Shown: piece by piece, positions 39,292 to 47,361 of the stretch
How positions within the stretch are numbered: the stretch's first letter is position 1
Layout of the letters: every line of letters starts with the position of its first letter
Source of the DNA: Candidatus Moraniibacteriota bacterium
GTDB taxonomy: Bacteria > Patescibacteriota > Minisyncoccia > Moranbacterales > UBA1568
NCBI GenBank assembly: GCA_052034935.1
Contig: JBPOIB010000001.1
Span: forward strand, 1,341 to 65,340
DNA: 64,000 bases
Reading direction: 5' to 3'
The notes under the pieces: model-generated
The model's database searches: none
Told to the model about the DNA's origin: nothing
What the model saw: the letters and a program-made list of their open reading frames with translations, nothing else
Translations under genes and position numbers: made by a program

Positions 39292-39963
39292 CTATTGAAG
39301 AAGCTTTTTTAATGTTATGAGGAGTCCTTCGCGGCTTTCAAATCGGAAATCATGGTCGCCATCAATGTCGATTATCTGAATTTTCGGCGAGAGATCAGAT
39401 ATATTTGAATTGGAAACTACCTCATCTTGTTTGGCTCGGATAATGATAAGTTCGATCTGTTCTGCGAGCGAATTGAAGAGAACGATGGGATCGATTGATT
39501 CGCGTTCTTTCCAGAATATTGCTGGAACGAGAGTGAAGCTCCCGTCACGCCTCGCCAGTCGAGAGAGACCTTCGGGGTTAATGACGGATCCGGGGCGTCC
39601 AACGAAACGGGAGAGGGATGATGATTTCAATTCCAGTGGGGGAGCCAGAAAGACGATTTTTCGAATACCGATGGGTAAGGCCAGTGCTGCGACTACACAG
39701 CCGAGTGAGTGCGCGACGATATCAAGCGTGCTCGTTGGAAATTTCTCTTTCGCTGCCACAATCTCAGTAAGCAGGATATTTTTCTGATCGGATAAAGGTC
39801 GGACGGTCAGGGTGTTTTTAGCCTGGTCGGGGATATTGTAGTCGAAGAGGATGCTTTCGGTCTCTGGAAAGGCTGAGGCGATGTCAGTGAAGAGTCCTCG
39901 AGCATCACGTTCCACGCCAAAGCCATGAGAATAAACGATAACGTGTTTTGGAGAAGAATTCAT
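39292..39963 (-). CDS. alpha/beta hydrolase-fold protein (esterase/lipase-like; nucleophile elbow AHSLGC)
   Basis: 223 aa; HGFG...AHSLGC...D..H arrangement; AT-rich composition unlike neighbours. Confidence 0.6.
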   Translation of the reverse strand: MNSSPKHVIVYSHGFGVERDARGLFTDIASAFPETESILFDYNIPDQAKNTLTVRPLSDQKNILLTEIVAAKEKFPTSTLDIVAHSLGCVVAALALPIGIRKIVFLAPPLELKSSSLSRFVGRPGSVINPEGLSRLARRDGSFTLVPAIFWKERESIDPIVLFNSLAEQIELIIIRAKQDEVVSNSNISDLSPKIQIIDIDGDHDFRFESREGLLITLKKLLQ

Positions 39964-39999
39964 AAAGTGCTAAGGCTCTGGGACGAAGTTGGAACTTAT

Positions 40000-40656
40000 C
40001 TAAGGAATTAGAATACTAAACTCTTTTTCAGTTTCAGCAACATTTCCCCAATCAATTTCATTAATACTTCTATCTAGAGATCTGATAAGCTGGTTTTCAA
40101 TATTTCTAGCAGCGCTCAGTAAATCTTCAAAGTCTGGCCTTTTGGTATATTGCGGCATTCGACTCCGAACATCAGAGAGTCTCTCTTCAAGAGTTACAAT
40201 TCCATGAGGCATAACACGCATATCTGCGTAAAGAAGAATTTTTGAATACCAATCGTCATCCAATGAAACGGACACAGCATTTGAAAATGATTTATCCTGG
40301 ATAACATCTAGTAAATTTCCCGTGACACCGATTTCTTTTAACATATTACCACTTGCAATATGGTCATCAGCACCATATTTTTTGACGATTCTTTTCTGAA
40401 CTTCTTTCCAATAATTAACGTTTGAAGCTTCCGATCCTAAAAATTCAGGATGAGCTTCAAAATTAAACTTCACAATATTACCAATATCATGTAAAAGAGC
40501 GGCCTTAATAACAAAACTCCAATCAATTTTATCTCCCACCCAATGATCTCGAATACTACAAACAACTCTTGCAACAGTGTACATATGCTGGGCAAGATTT
40601 GGAGGGATACAAAATTCGGAGTAAATCTCCCTAATAGTTCTTGTTTGAGAATTCAT
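40000..40656 (-). CDS. HD-domain phosphohydrolase (YqeK-like)
   Basis: ATG at residue 29 of track ORF (upstream part of the ORF overlaps a tRNA); H..(x29)..HDIGN metal-binding motif and ...YADMRV downstream motif; AT-rich. Confidence 0.65.
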   Translation of the reverse strand: MNSQTRTIREIYSEFCIPPNLAQHMYTVARVVCSIRDHWVGDKIDWSFVIKAALLHDIGNIVKFNFEAHPEFLGSEASNVNYWKEVQKRIVKKYGADDHIASGNMLKEIGVTGNLLDVIQDKSFSNAVSVSLDDDWYSKILLYADMRVMPHGIVTLEERLSDVRSRMPQYTKRPDFEDLLSAARNIENQLIRSLDRSINEIDWGNVAETEKEFSILIP

Positions 40657-40665
40657 AATTTTATT

Positions 40666-40739
40666 TGCTGGGGAGGATGGGATCGAACCATCGCATGGAG
40701 GCTTCAAAGGCCCCTGCCTTACCGCTTGGCTACTCCCCA
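40666..40739 (-). tRNA. tRNA-Gln (anticodon UUG)
   Basis: Cloverleaf readable on minus strand: acceptor UGGGGAG/CUCCCCA, D-arm GCC-AAGCGGUAA-GGC, anticodon stem-loop GGGGC-CUUUGAA-GCCUC, T-arm GAUGG-UUCGAUC-CCAUC; closely resembles bacterial tRNA-Gln. Confidence 0.85.
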
Positions 40740-40823
40740 ATGGATGAAGAATGTGGAATTTTGAATCAAGAATTTAGGGGAAATCCAAGATTCCAAAAAA
40801 ACCTGGATTCATAGACTCTTGAT

Positions 40824-42458
40824 TCAAGATTCATTAGTCACGAGCTGACCACCGAGCGCCGCAATCGCCTCATCAATGATGGCGGGGCGTTTGGTTTCGA
40901 TGTTCGCCTTCTTTTCGGCCGCATCCTTTTCCGTCATGACGACCCACGGCGTCTGAAACCCCAAAATCGTAACAAAGGCCTGGTCCAGTGTCAATCGATT
41001 CGACTTCTGCTCGAGTCGCTCTTTATGAAAGGGATATTTCACTTGGAGGACGAACTTGTTTCCCTGGATGATGGGGACGACGGTCGAGAGGGCGACGCCG
41101 AGCGACGCATTTAACCGGAGTGCATGTGTCATGATGGCGGGCCATTGCCGGAGTGCAAGACCGAGGTCGACAACGGATTCATTCACCGGAGCTGCCTCTT
41201 CTGTAGCTGCCAGAGCGGGCGCGGATGGTGTTGTGACAGACTGAGCGGACTGTTTGGGAGGGGCTGGCGTTTCCTTTGGTTTTTCCGGAGTTGGGGCAGT
41301 TTTTTGATTTTGGACGGGAGCGTTCTGAGTTGGTTTCGACAATGTTGTTGGCTGAGTAGATGCTGGCTGGGCGGTTTGGATAAGCTTCACGAGTGCAATC
41401 TCGATCGGGAGTTCGGGTAAGGGTGAGACTTTGATTTGCCGGTCGGCTTCCTGGAAACGTTCGAGGCATTCCACGATGCGGTCGCTGCCGAGCATCGCCG
41501 CGAGCGTGAAGAGTTCGGCTTTTTCTTCTTTCGTAAAATCATCAATGAGTTTTTCGGCTGCGGTTTTGTCAGCCGAAGCGAAGAGGAGTTTCCGGAGGTA
41601 TTCGAGGAGCGAGAGCGTGAAATTACTGAGTTCGGCGCCAGCCTCTTTCATCTCAGAAACCGCCGCGAGGGCGCGCGCGAGGTCGCGTTCAGCGACGGCG
41701 GTGAGGAGGGTATGATTGGCGGCCAAGGTCGTCGTCCCGAGGAGGAGCGCCACCCGGCCGGCCTCGATCGGGGATTCTTCCAAAGTCGCGATTTGGGTGA
41801 AGAGGACTTCAGCGTCGCGCATACCACCCTGGGCGCTTCGTGCGATCACGGTGAGAGCCGCTTTATCGATTTTTATCTTTTCCGCCTTGGCGATCTTCTC
41901 CAGTTTCCCTACGATCACTTCGACGGGGAAACGGCGCAGATCGAGCCGGAGCGTGCGGGAAAGGATCGTCTCCGGAACTTTGGCGACATTGGTCGTGGCG
42001 AAGACGAAGACGACATGGGCTGGCGGCTCCTCGAGCGTCTTCAAAAGCGCGTTCCAGGCGCCGATCGAGAGCATATGAGCCTCGTCGATGATGTAGACCT
42101 TGTGGCTGCCGAGGACGGGGGCACTAGAAATCGTCTCGCGGAGTTCGCGGATGTGGTCGACGCCCGTATGGGATGCAGCATCGATTTCCATGATGTCGAG
42201 CGAGCGGTTCTCGGCCATGGCGAGACAATGGGTACATTTGCCACACGGCTCGAAACCTTTTCGGTTCGAACAGTTGAGGGCTTTAGCGAAAAGCCGCGCC
42301 AAGGTCGTCTTGCCGGTGCCGCGCGGTCCGGTGAAGAGGTAGGCATGGGCGAGCTTGCCGGTGACGAGGCTTTGAGTGAGGACAGTCACGGCTGTTTCCT
42401 GGCCGACGACGTCTTTGAATTGGAGCGGGCGATACTTGCGGTAAAAGGTTTCGGACAT
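40824..42458 (-). CDS. dnaX: DNA polymerase III subunit gamma/tau
   Basis: 544 aa; AAA+ Walker A GPRGTGKTT, Zn-module CxxC...CxxC, sensor motifs, Pro/Ala-rich linker. Confidence 0.9.
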   Translation of the reverse strand: MSETFYRKYRPLQFKDVVGQETAVTVLTQSLVTGKLAHAYLFTGPRGTGKTTLARLFAKALNCSNRKGFEPCGKCTHCLAMAENRSLDIMEIDAASHTGVDHIRELRETISSAPVLGSHKVYIIDEAHMLSIGAWNALLKTLEEPPAHVVFVFATTNVAKVPETILSRTLRLDLRRFPVEVIVGKLEKIAKAEKIKIDKAALTVIARSAQGGMRDAEVLFTQIATLEESPIEAGRVALLLGTTTLAANHTLLTAVAERDLARALAAVSEMKEAGAELSNFTLSLLEYLRKLLFASADKTAAEKLIDDFTKEEKAELFTLAAMLGSDRIVECLERFQEADRQIKVSPLPELPIEIALVKLIQTAQPASTQPTTLSKPTQNAPVQNQKTAPTPEKPKETPAPPKQSAQSVTTPSAPALAATEEAAPVNESVVDLGLALRQWPAIMTHALRLNASLGVALSTVVPIIQGNKFVLQVKYPFHKERLEQKSNRLTLDQAFVTILGFQTPWVVMTEKDAAEKKANIETKRPAIIDEAIAALGGQLVTNES

Positions 42459-42554
42459 AGGGAATCAAAAAGTAGAGCCGTGACTCCTATTATACCGTTT
42501 CCGGTCGGGAGAAACAAAGCCCGATTTTCTCCTACGAAGACAGCACTGGCGTAT

Positions 42555-42586
42555 GAAAAAACGGCACCGTGCGGTTGCGGTGCCGT
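42555..42586 (-). terminator. intrinsic terminator (acggcaccg-tgcggttg-cggtgccgt; A6 on + strand)
   Basis: 9-bp stem with T-run on minus strand, 20 nt after the 42607 gene end. Confidence 0.5.
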
Positions 42587-42606
42587 CTGCTGGTCGAGCA
42601 CTTGGC

Positions 42607-43203
42607 TCAAGCGGCCAGCGCGACCTTCTCGGGAAAGTACTGCCTGAGACCGAGGGTTCGGCAAGCCGCGATGACCGGGTCGACTATCTGACGACCGGTG
42701 GAGTCATCCTCGTTGTAGTCGATCCGGATCCGAGGCGGCTGCTGTTGACCTCGCTCCTCCGGATCCGACCAACTGCCGATGGCAATCCGCACTTCGGCAT
42801 GCGTCACCATCGGCTTCGGGTGATGGCGATCGCGTGAGGCGAGCCGGAGATGGCCGACGTGGCCGAGGCCGACGTAGTGCGCGGCCAGATCGCGGGCGAG
42901 ACCGAGCGTCATCTCGCCGCAGTAAGCGGGGTTGCCCGCCTGGATGAAACACACTTCCTTGGGCACTTGATGCTGGCCGAAGATGGCCAGAATTTCGGGA
43001 AGCGGGACAGATATGCTGGTGAATTCAGCGATGAGCCGTCGTTCCCTGATGGTGAGCCGCGTCGCACGAGCGACCGGCTGCCGGTTTTCGTTCGAAGCAG
43101 TCAACATGCCGTCGAGGTAGGCCCAGTCACTCGGCAAGAGCTGGATGAGCTTCTTTCGTCCCTGCGCATCCAGGTCACTTTGGTCGAAGTGCAGTGTCTC
43201 CAT
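42607..43203 (-). CDS. hypothetical protein (198 aa)
   Basis: ATG METLHF at residue 31 of track ORF; no recognised motif. Confidence 0.45.
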   Translation of the reverse strand: METLHFDQSDLDAQGRKKLIQLLPSDWAYLDGMLTASNENRQPVARATRLTIRERRLIAEFTSISVPLPEILAIFGQHQVPKEVCFIQAGNPAYCGEMTLGLARDLAAHYVGLGHVGHLRLASRDRHHPKPMVTHAEVRIAIGSWSDPEERGQQQPPRIRIDYNEDDSTGRQIVDPVIAACRTLGLRQYFPEKVALAA

Positions 43204-43331
43204 GGAGTAGGTCCTTTCCGTGAGAGGAGAAGATAATGTCAACGAGCTGACGATGCAGCGGGAACAGTCTACAAGAGGAAATGAAAAAGTCAACGCTCGG
43301 CGCTGACTTCTCGTATGACGAATCTTCGAAT

Positions 43332-43811
43332 TTATTTTTTGAAGACGAAGAGTTTGTAACCGACGAAGTTCCAGACGAGCGAGAAGCCCGTGGCGAGGAG
43401 CTTAGCGACGATGACCCAGTTGGCATCGGAGATGCCGAGCATCGGCTGGGTGAAGGTCGTGATGACATAGACGACACCACTGTTGATGCTGATGCCAATG
43501 AGGCTGACGACGAAGAATTGAGAGAATTTGAACGGCTCCTTCTCGGTTCGAGTTTTGTCCTCGAACGTCCAGAACTTGTTCATGAAGTAGCTATTCACGA
43601 CGGCGACCGAGAAGGAAACAGCATTCAGGACGATGATGCCGACACCGCCAGTGATGCCAGTGACTCCGACGAGGACACGGAGAATGACGACATCGATACC
43701 AGTGTTGACGCCGCCGACGATGATGAACTTGGAGAATTGCTTGATGGTCCGGATGAACCATTCCTTCGAGAAACGGGCGACTTCAGGGCTCTGTACGGGG
43801 TTGATGTCCAT
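43332..43811 (-). CDS. GtrA-family membrane protein
   Basis: ATG at residue 30 of track ORF; 4 TM helices with GtrA-like FIIVGGVNTGIDVVIL and FxxNKFWTF motif. Confidence 0.7.
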   Translation of the reverse strand: MDINPVQSPEVARFSKEWFIRTIKQFSKFIIVGGVNTGIDVVILRVLVGVTGITGGVGIIVLNAVSFSVAVVNSYFMNKFWTFEDKTRTEKEPFKFSQFFVVSLIGISINSGVVYVITTFTQPMLGISDANWVIVAKLLATGFSLVWNFVGYKLFVFKK

Positions 43812-43846
43812 AGGTCTCTGTTGCGGCGGTGGGTTAGGTGATGATG

Positions 43847-44623
43847 TTAGCGTCCTTCGGCGATTTCCTTCTCGATGGCTTCCATGTCTTTGACCCACGC
43901 GTCGAGCGGGGAGGCATTGTTCGACGATTTCTCGGGAGCAGTGTTCGAAAACTCAATATCAGTGGTTGGCTTGGATTCTGGTATTTCTTCGTCGCCGAGT
44001 TCTTTCTTCCAATCAGCGCCAAGATGTCGTTCGCTCGGTTTCTTGACGGCTGGCGTCGGGACTCCGAGCGCTCCTTTCTGGAGAATATTCTCGATGGCGA
44101 CCCAGGAAGCCGTGAGGTCTCGTGGCATCATGACGGCGACTTCATCTCCGGGCTCGGCGCGGAAATAGGTGATGGAGGCAAGGAGGACGCGGAACGGTTC
44201 GCCCTCGACGACGATGTGGTAGTTCCCATTTTCATCCTGGCTGACGATGCCGATGGCATGGCGCCGATCAATTGGCCCGATCTGCTTATAAATGAATGAG
44301 CCATCCGGAGTGATGGTGAGTTTCAGCATATCGCCCTCGACGAGCTTCGATTTCGAAGCATAGTTCGCCGGAACGGGATACTGCTTGCCGTCGGTGCCGA
44401 GCATGATCTGGCCGTCGAAGGTACCCTCGATGACCGTACCCTCGGCGTCATCATCGATTTTTTTCGGCCGACCGGTTTTTTTCTTTCCTTCGATCTGGAG
44501 CAGCATTGCCTTGGCACCTTGGATGGTACGTTCGGCGTTCAGTATCATCTCGCGGAGCGCCTGTATCTTGGCGCCATGATCGGGAGAATTTTGACCGAGT
44601 GGATCGGTTTGGAGTTCTGTCAT
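43847..44623 (-). CDS. hypothetical protein with two internal beta-rich repeats and acidic C-terminal tail
   Basis: 258 aa; internally similar segments (GTFDGQIMLGTDGKQYPVPAN...LVEGDMLKLTI vs IGIVSQDENGNYHIVVEGEPFRVL...EPGDEVAVMMP). Confidence 0.45.
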   Translation of the reverse strand: MTELQTDPLGQNSPDHGAKIQALREMILNAERTIQGAKAMLLQIEGKKKTGRPKKIDDDAEGTVIEGTFDGQIMLGTDGKQYPVPANYASKSKLVEGDMLKLTITPDGSFIYKQIGPIDRRHAIGIVSQDENGNYHIVVEGEPFRVLLASITYFRAEPGDEVAVMMPRDLTASWVAIENILQKGALGVPTPAVKKPSERHLGADWKKELGDEEIPESKPTTDIEFSNTAPEKSSNNASPLDAWVKDMEAIEKEIAEGR

Positions 44624-44763
44624 AACAGATTTTATTTTGCTGTGTATTTTTTGACGTGACTTTCTTTTTTGCCGCGTCCGATGAAATTATACAAGAGAGC
44701 TTTGTCAATAGCAAACAAACAGTGGCGGAAGAACCGAGAAAAAGAGGATCTGGGAATGGACCC

Positions 44764-44793
44764 TTGACAAAATATAGTATTATGCGTTAATAT
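44764..44793 (+). promoter_or_regulatory. candidate promoter TTGACA-18-TAATAT upstream of the sigma4/HARE-HTH gene
   Basis: Perfect -35 hexamer 67 nt upstream of ATG; -10 is only approximate. Confidence 0.35.
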
Positions 44794-44831
44794 GAGGCGT
44801 TCACAAATACCCTAATTCCAGAGGTTTTCTT

Positions 44832-45908
44832 ATGGCTAAGCGACGCAAAGCAATCGATCAGACCAACCTGTCAAGCGCTCACTCAGCTCTCGAGCTCTTG
44901 TCAGCGCTCCTTTCCTATTTTCCAGAACGTTCGGGCAAAATTGTTCATGACCGTTACGGTGTCAACGGCGGTACGGAAAAGACTCTGGAAGAAATCGGCC
45001 AGGCGCACGGTATCACGCGCGAACGCGTCCGCCAGATCGTCGATGTCATCATGAAGCGGGTCAAAGAAATTATGGCTCGCGAGCATGCTCATCCTTTGGT
45101 TAAGCGTGTCGTCAGCGTTGTGGAGGAACATGGCGGCATCATCACGGTCGATGAGCTTCTTGTGCATATTGGCAAGGGCAATATCGACGAGGCAAAGGCG
45201 CTCTTCTCGCTCCTCCCGTCCTTTCCAGGACTCAAGATCATGAAAGTGACCGACAAACATCATGCAATCGTGACGACTGCCGAGTTCTCTCTGCCGAAGT
45301 GGCAGCATACGATTTCGCTCGTGGTTGCTGTTCTCAAAGCAGCGGATGAGGTCCAGTCGCTCGAAGACCTCTATGCCCTCTACGCGAAAAAGCATGGCAA
45401 CGAGACGATCAACAAAGATGTGTTCGAAGCGCTACTCGCTCCGTCCGCCGAAATCGAAAAGAATGTTTTTGGCCGTTATGGCCTCGCTCACTGGAGCATG
45501 GTTCGGCCTCGCGGCACCCGCGAACGGGCTCATCTTATCCTGCAGGTGATGAGAAAGCCGCTCCATTTCCGCGAAATCGCTCGGCTCATCGATGAGCATG
45601 GCCTCTACAAATCTGACAAGAAGACACATCCACAGACCGTTCATAATGAACTCATCAAAGACGAGCGTTTCGTCCTGGTGGGCCGGGGGACCTATGCGCT
45701 TTCCGACTGGGGTTACCGTCCCGGCACGGTGCGCGAAGTCCTCTCGTCGATTCTGAAGGACAATGCTGAACCGATGTCGCGCGAAGAACTCCTCTCGGCG
45801 GTCATGAAAGTCCGACAGGTGAAACGCTCGACGGTCATCATCAATCTCAACAGCTTCTTCACGAAAGTGGGGAAAAATATCTACTCCGAGACGGAGAAGA
45901 AGAAATAA
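44832..45908 (+). CDS. sigma-70 region-4-like HTH domain fused to C-terminal HARE-HTH/winged-helix domain (transcription-associated protein)
   Basis: 358 aa; N-terminal segment TLEEIGQAHGITRERVRQIVDVIMKRV is a typical sigma70 region 4.2 HTH; C-terminus (HFREIARLID...RFVLVGRGTYALSDWGY) resembles HARE-HTH of RpoE-delta/ASXL family. Confidence 0.55.
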   Translation: MAKRRKAIDQTNLSSAHSALELLSALLSYFPERSGKIVHDRYGVNGGTEKTLEEIGQAHGITRERVRQIVDVIMKRVKEIMAREHAHPLVKRVVSVVEEHGGIITVDELLVHIGKGNIDEAKALFSLLPSFPGLKIMKVTDKHHAIVTTAEFSLPKWQHTISLVVAVLKAADEVQSLEDLYALYAKKHGNETINKDVFEALLAPSAEIEKNVFGRYGLAHWSMVRPRGTRERAHLILQVMRKPLHFREIARLIDEHGLYKSDKKTHPQTVHNELIKDERFVLVGRGTYALSDWGYRPGTVREVLSSILKDNAEPMSREELLSAVMKVRQVKRSTVIINLNSFFTKVGKNIYSETEKKK

Positions 45909-45914
45909 GGCCCA

Positions 45915-45949
45915 CTGCCCCGCCTCTTTGCGGGGCAGTCTTTATTTCT
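45915..45949 (+). terminator. rho-independent terminator (ctgccccgc-ctcttt-gcggggcag + tctttatttct)
   Basis: 9-bp GC-rich stem and U-rich tail 7 nt after stop. Confidence 0.6.
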
Positions 45950-46030
45950 CCTGCTTTGCTCGCGCCCGGGAATTCTCTATACTGGAGAAATGAAGAGACA
46001 ACGCTCTCAATAAAAGAAACGTGAACCCGC

Positions 46031-47308
46031 ATGTTCGAACTTTTTAATAATATCGCGGTGGTCGCCGGCGTAGCGGCGGACGTATGGTTCTATATCATAC
46101 CGTTCGTACTCTATCCGATTTTCATGCTGCTCTGGGTCGACAGCCGCAACGATCAGTTTGGCGCCAAGATCCAGTGGGTCTTACTCGAGATCATTCCACC
46201 GAAAGAACTCGAGAAGAGCCCTCATCCGATGGAGCTCATCTTTTCTGGCTTCGCGGGCGTTATCAAGAGCCCGAGCACTTTCGAAGAATACGTCCTCGGT
46301 GATTTTCCGGCGAAGTTCTCGCTCGAGCTTGTGAGCACGGAAGGCCAGTTCCATATGTATGTCCGGACCCAGAAGCCGTTCCGGAATTTGGTCGAAGCTC
46401 ATTTCTACGCACAGTATCCGGGCGTCGAGATCGTCGAAGCTGAAGACTACACGAAGACGGTGCCGAAGACGGTGCCGAACCAGGACTGGGATTTGTGGGG
46501 GACCGAGTTCAAGCTTTTGAAGCACGACCTCTACCCGATCCGGACATACAAATTTTTCGAGGAGTCCGTCACCGGAAAAATGCTCGATCCCTTGGCGGGG
46601 CTCATCGAAACGATGGCCAAGATCGGCCCGGGCCAGCATCTCTGGCTGCAGTTCATCACTACTCCGGTGAAGGAAGACTGGGGACCGACCAAAGGGCAGG
46701 CCGCGATCGAAGAATTTCTCGGGCATGAGAAAGTCGAGAGTCCGGGCGTCTTTTCTCGCGTCTGGAACGATCTGGCGGATGTTTTCCGCAATCTCTTTTC
46801 GGGACTCCTCGGCGCCGAGCTGACGTGGACGAGTCTCGGCGAGGCAGCGAAGGCGGATGAAGCACCCGTCGAATTCCGATTGACGCCGGGGCAGAAGGAC
46901 ATCCTGAAGGCACTCGAGAGCAATATTGGCAAGCCGATGTTCCGGATCAAGATGCGTCACCTCTACATCGGAAAGAAAGAGCATTTTTCGAAGGCGACCG
47001 GCGTATCGGCATTCATCGGCGGCATCAAGCAGTTCAATGACCTCTCGCTCAATAGCATGGTCCCGGACGATCTCTCCAAGACCTATGCGAGCTATCTTTT
47101 CGTGGAACCGCGGCTTCGCTACCGTCAGCGTCGGTTATTTCGTCGCTATATCACGCGCGACGGCGAGCCGGGAGAGAATCAATTCCTGTTTTCTTCCGAA
47201 GAATTGGCGACTATTTTCCATCTTCCGGACATGCAGGTGCTCGCGCCGACGCTTTCCCGCGTGGCGACCAAGCGCGGTGGTGCCCCCAGCAATTTGCCGG
47301 TACAATGA
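46031..47308 (+). CDS. hypothetical membrane protein (2 N-terminal TM helices + large soluble domain), partner of downstream TraD/VirD4-like ATPase
   Basis: 425-aa ORF; hydrophobic N-terminus IAVVAGVAADVWFYIIPFVLYPIFMLLWV; 53-nt spacer to the ATPase gene. Confidence 0.55.
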   Translation: MFELFNNIAVVAGVAADVWFYIIPFVLYPIFMLLWVDSRNDQFGAKIQWVLLEIIPPKELEKSPHPMELIFSGFAGVIKSPSTFEEYVLGDFPAKFSLELVSTEGQFHMYVRTQKPFRNLVEAHFYAQYPGVEIVEAEDYTKTVPKTVPNQDWDLWGTEFKLLKHDLYPIRTYKFFEESVTGKMLDPLAGLIETMAKIGPGQHLWLQFITTPVKEDWGPTKGQAAIEEFLGHEKVESPGVFSRVWNDLADVFRNLFSGLLGAELTWTSLGEAAKADEAPVEFRLTPGQKDILKALESNIGKPMFRIKMRHLYIGKKEHFSKATGVSAFIGGIKQFNDLSLNSMVPDDLSKTYASYLFVEPRLRYRQRRLFRRYITRDGEPGENQFLFSSEELATIFHLPDMQVLAPTLSRVATKRGGAPSNLPVQ

Positions 47309-47361
47309 TGAGCATGCTCCTCGTCCGTTTTCGAACGCCTTTTTAAAGATCAACGCATCTT

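Noticed and set aside
40666-40739. Mobile element/integrase next to tRNA-Gln
   Set aside because: An AT-rich islet lies at the tRNA 3' end, but no integrase, transposase, att-type direct repeat or phage gene is present in the window. It is reported only as a compositional islet.
40657-40740. N-terminal 28 codons of track ORF 40000..40740 (MGSSQAVRQGPLKPPCDGSIPSSPANKI)
   Set aside because: This segment is the reverse complement of a well-formed tRNA-Gln. The HD-domain gene starts at the internal ATG (40656).
42459-42606. SRP (4.5S) RNA upstream of dnaX
   Set aside because: ffs often sits just upstream of dnaX, but the spacer shows only a terminator hairpin and no GGAA/AGCAGCC domain-IV-like consensus on either strand.
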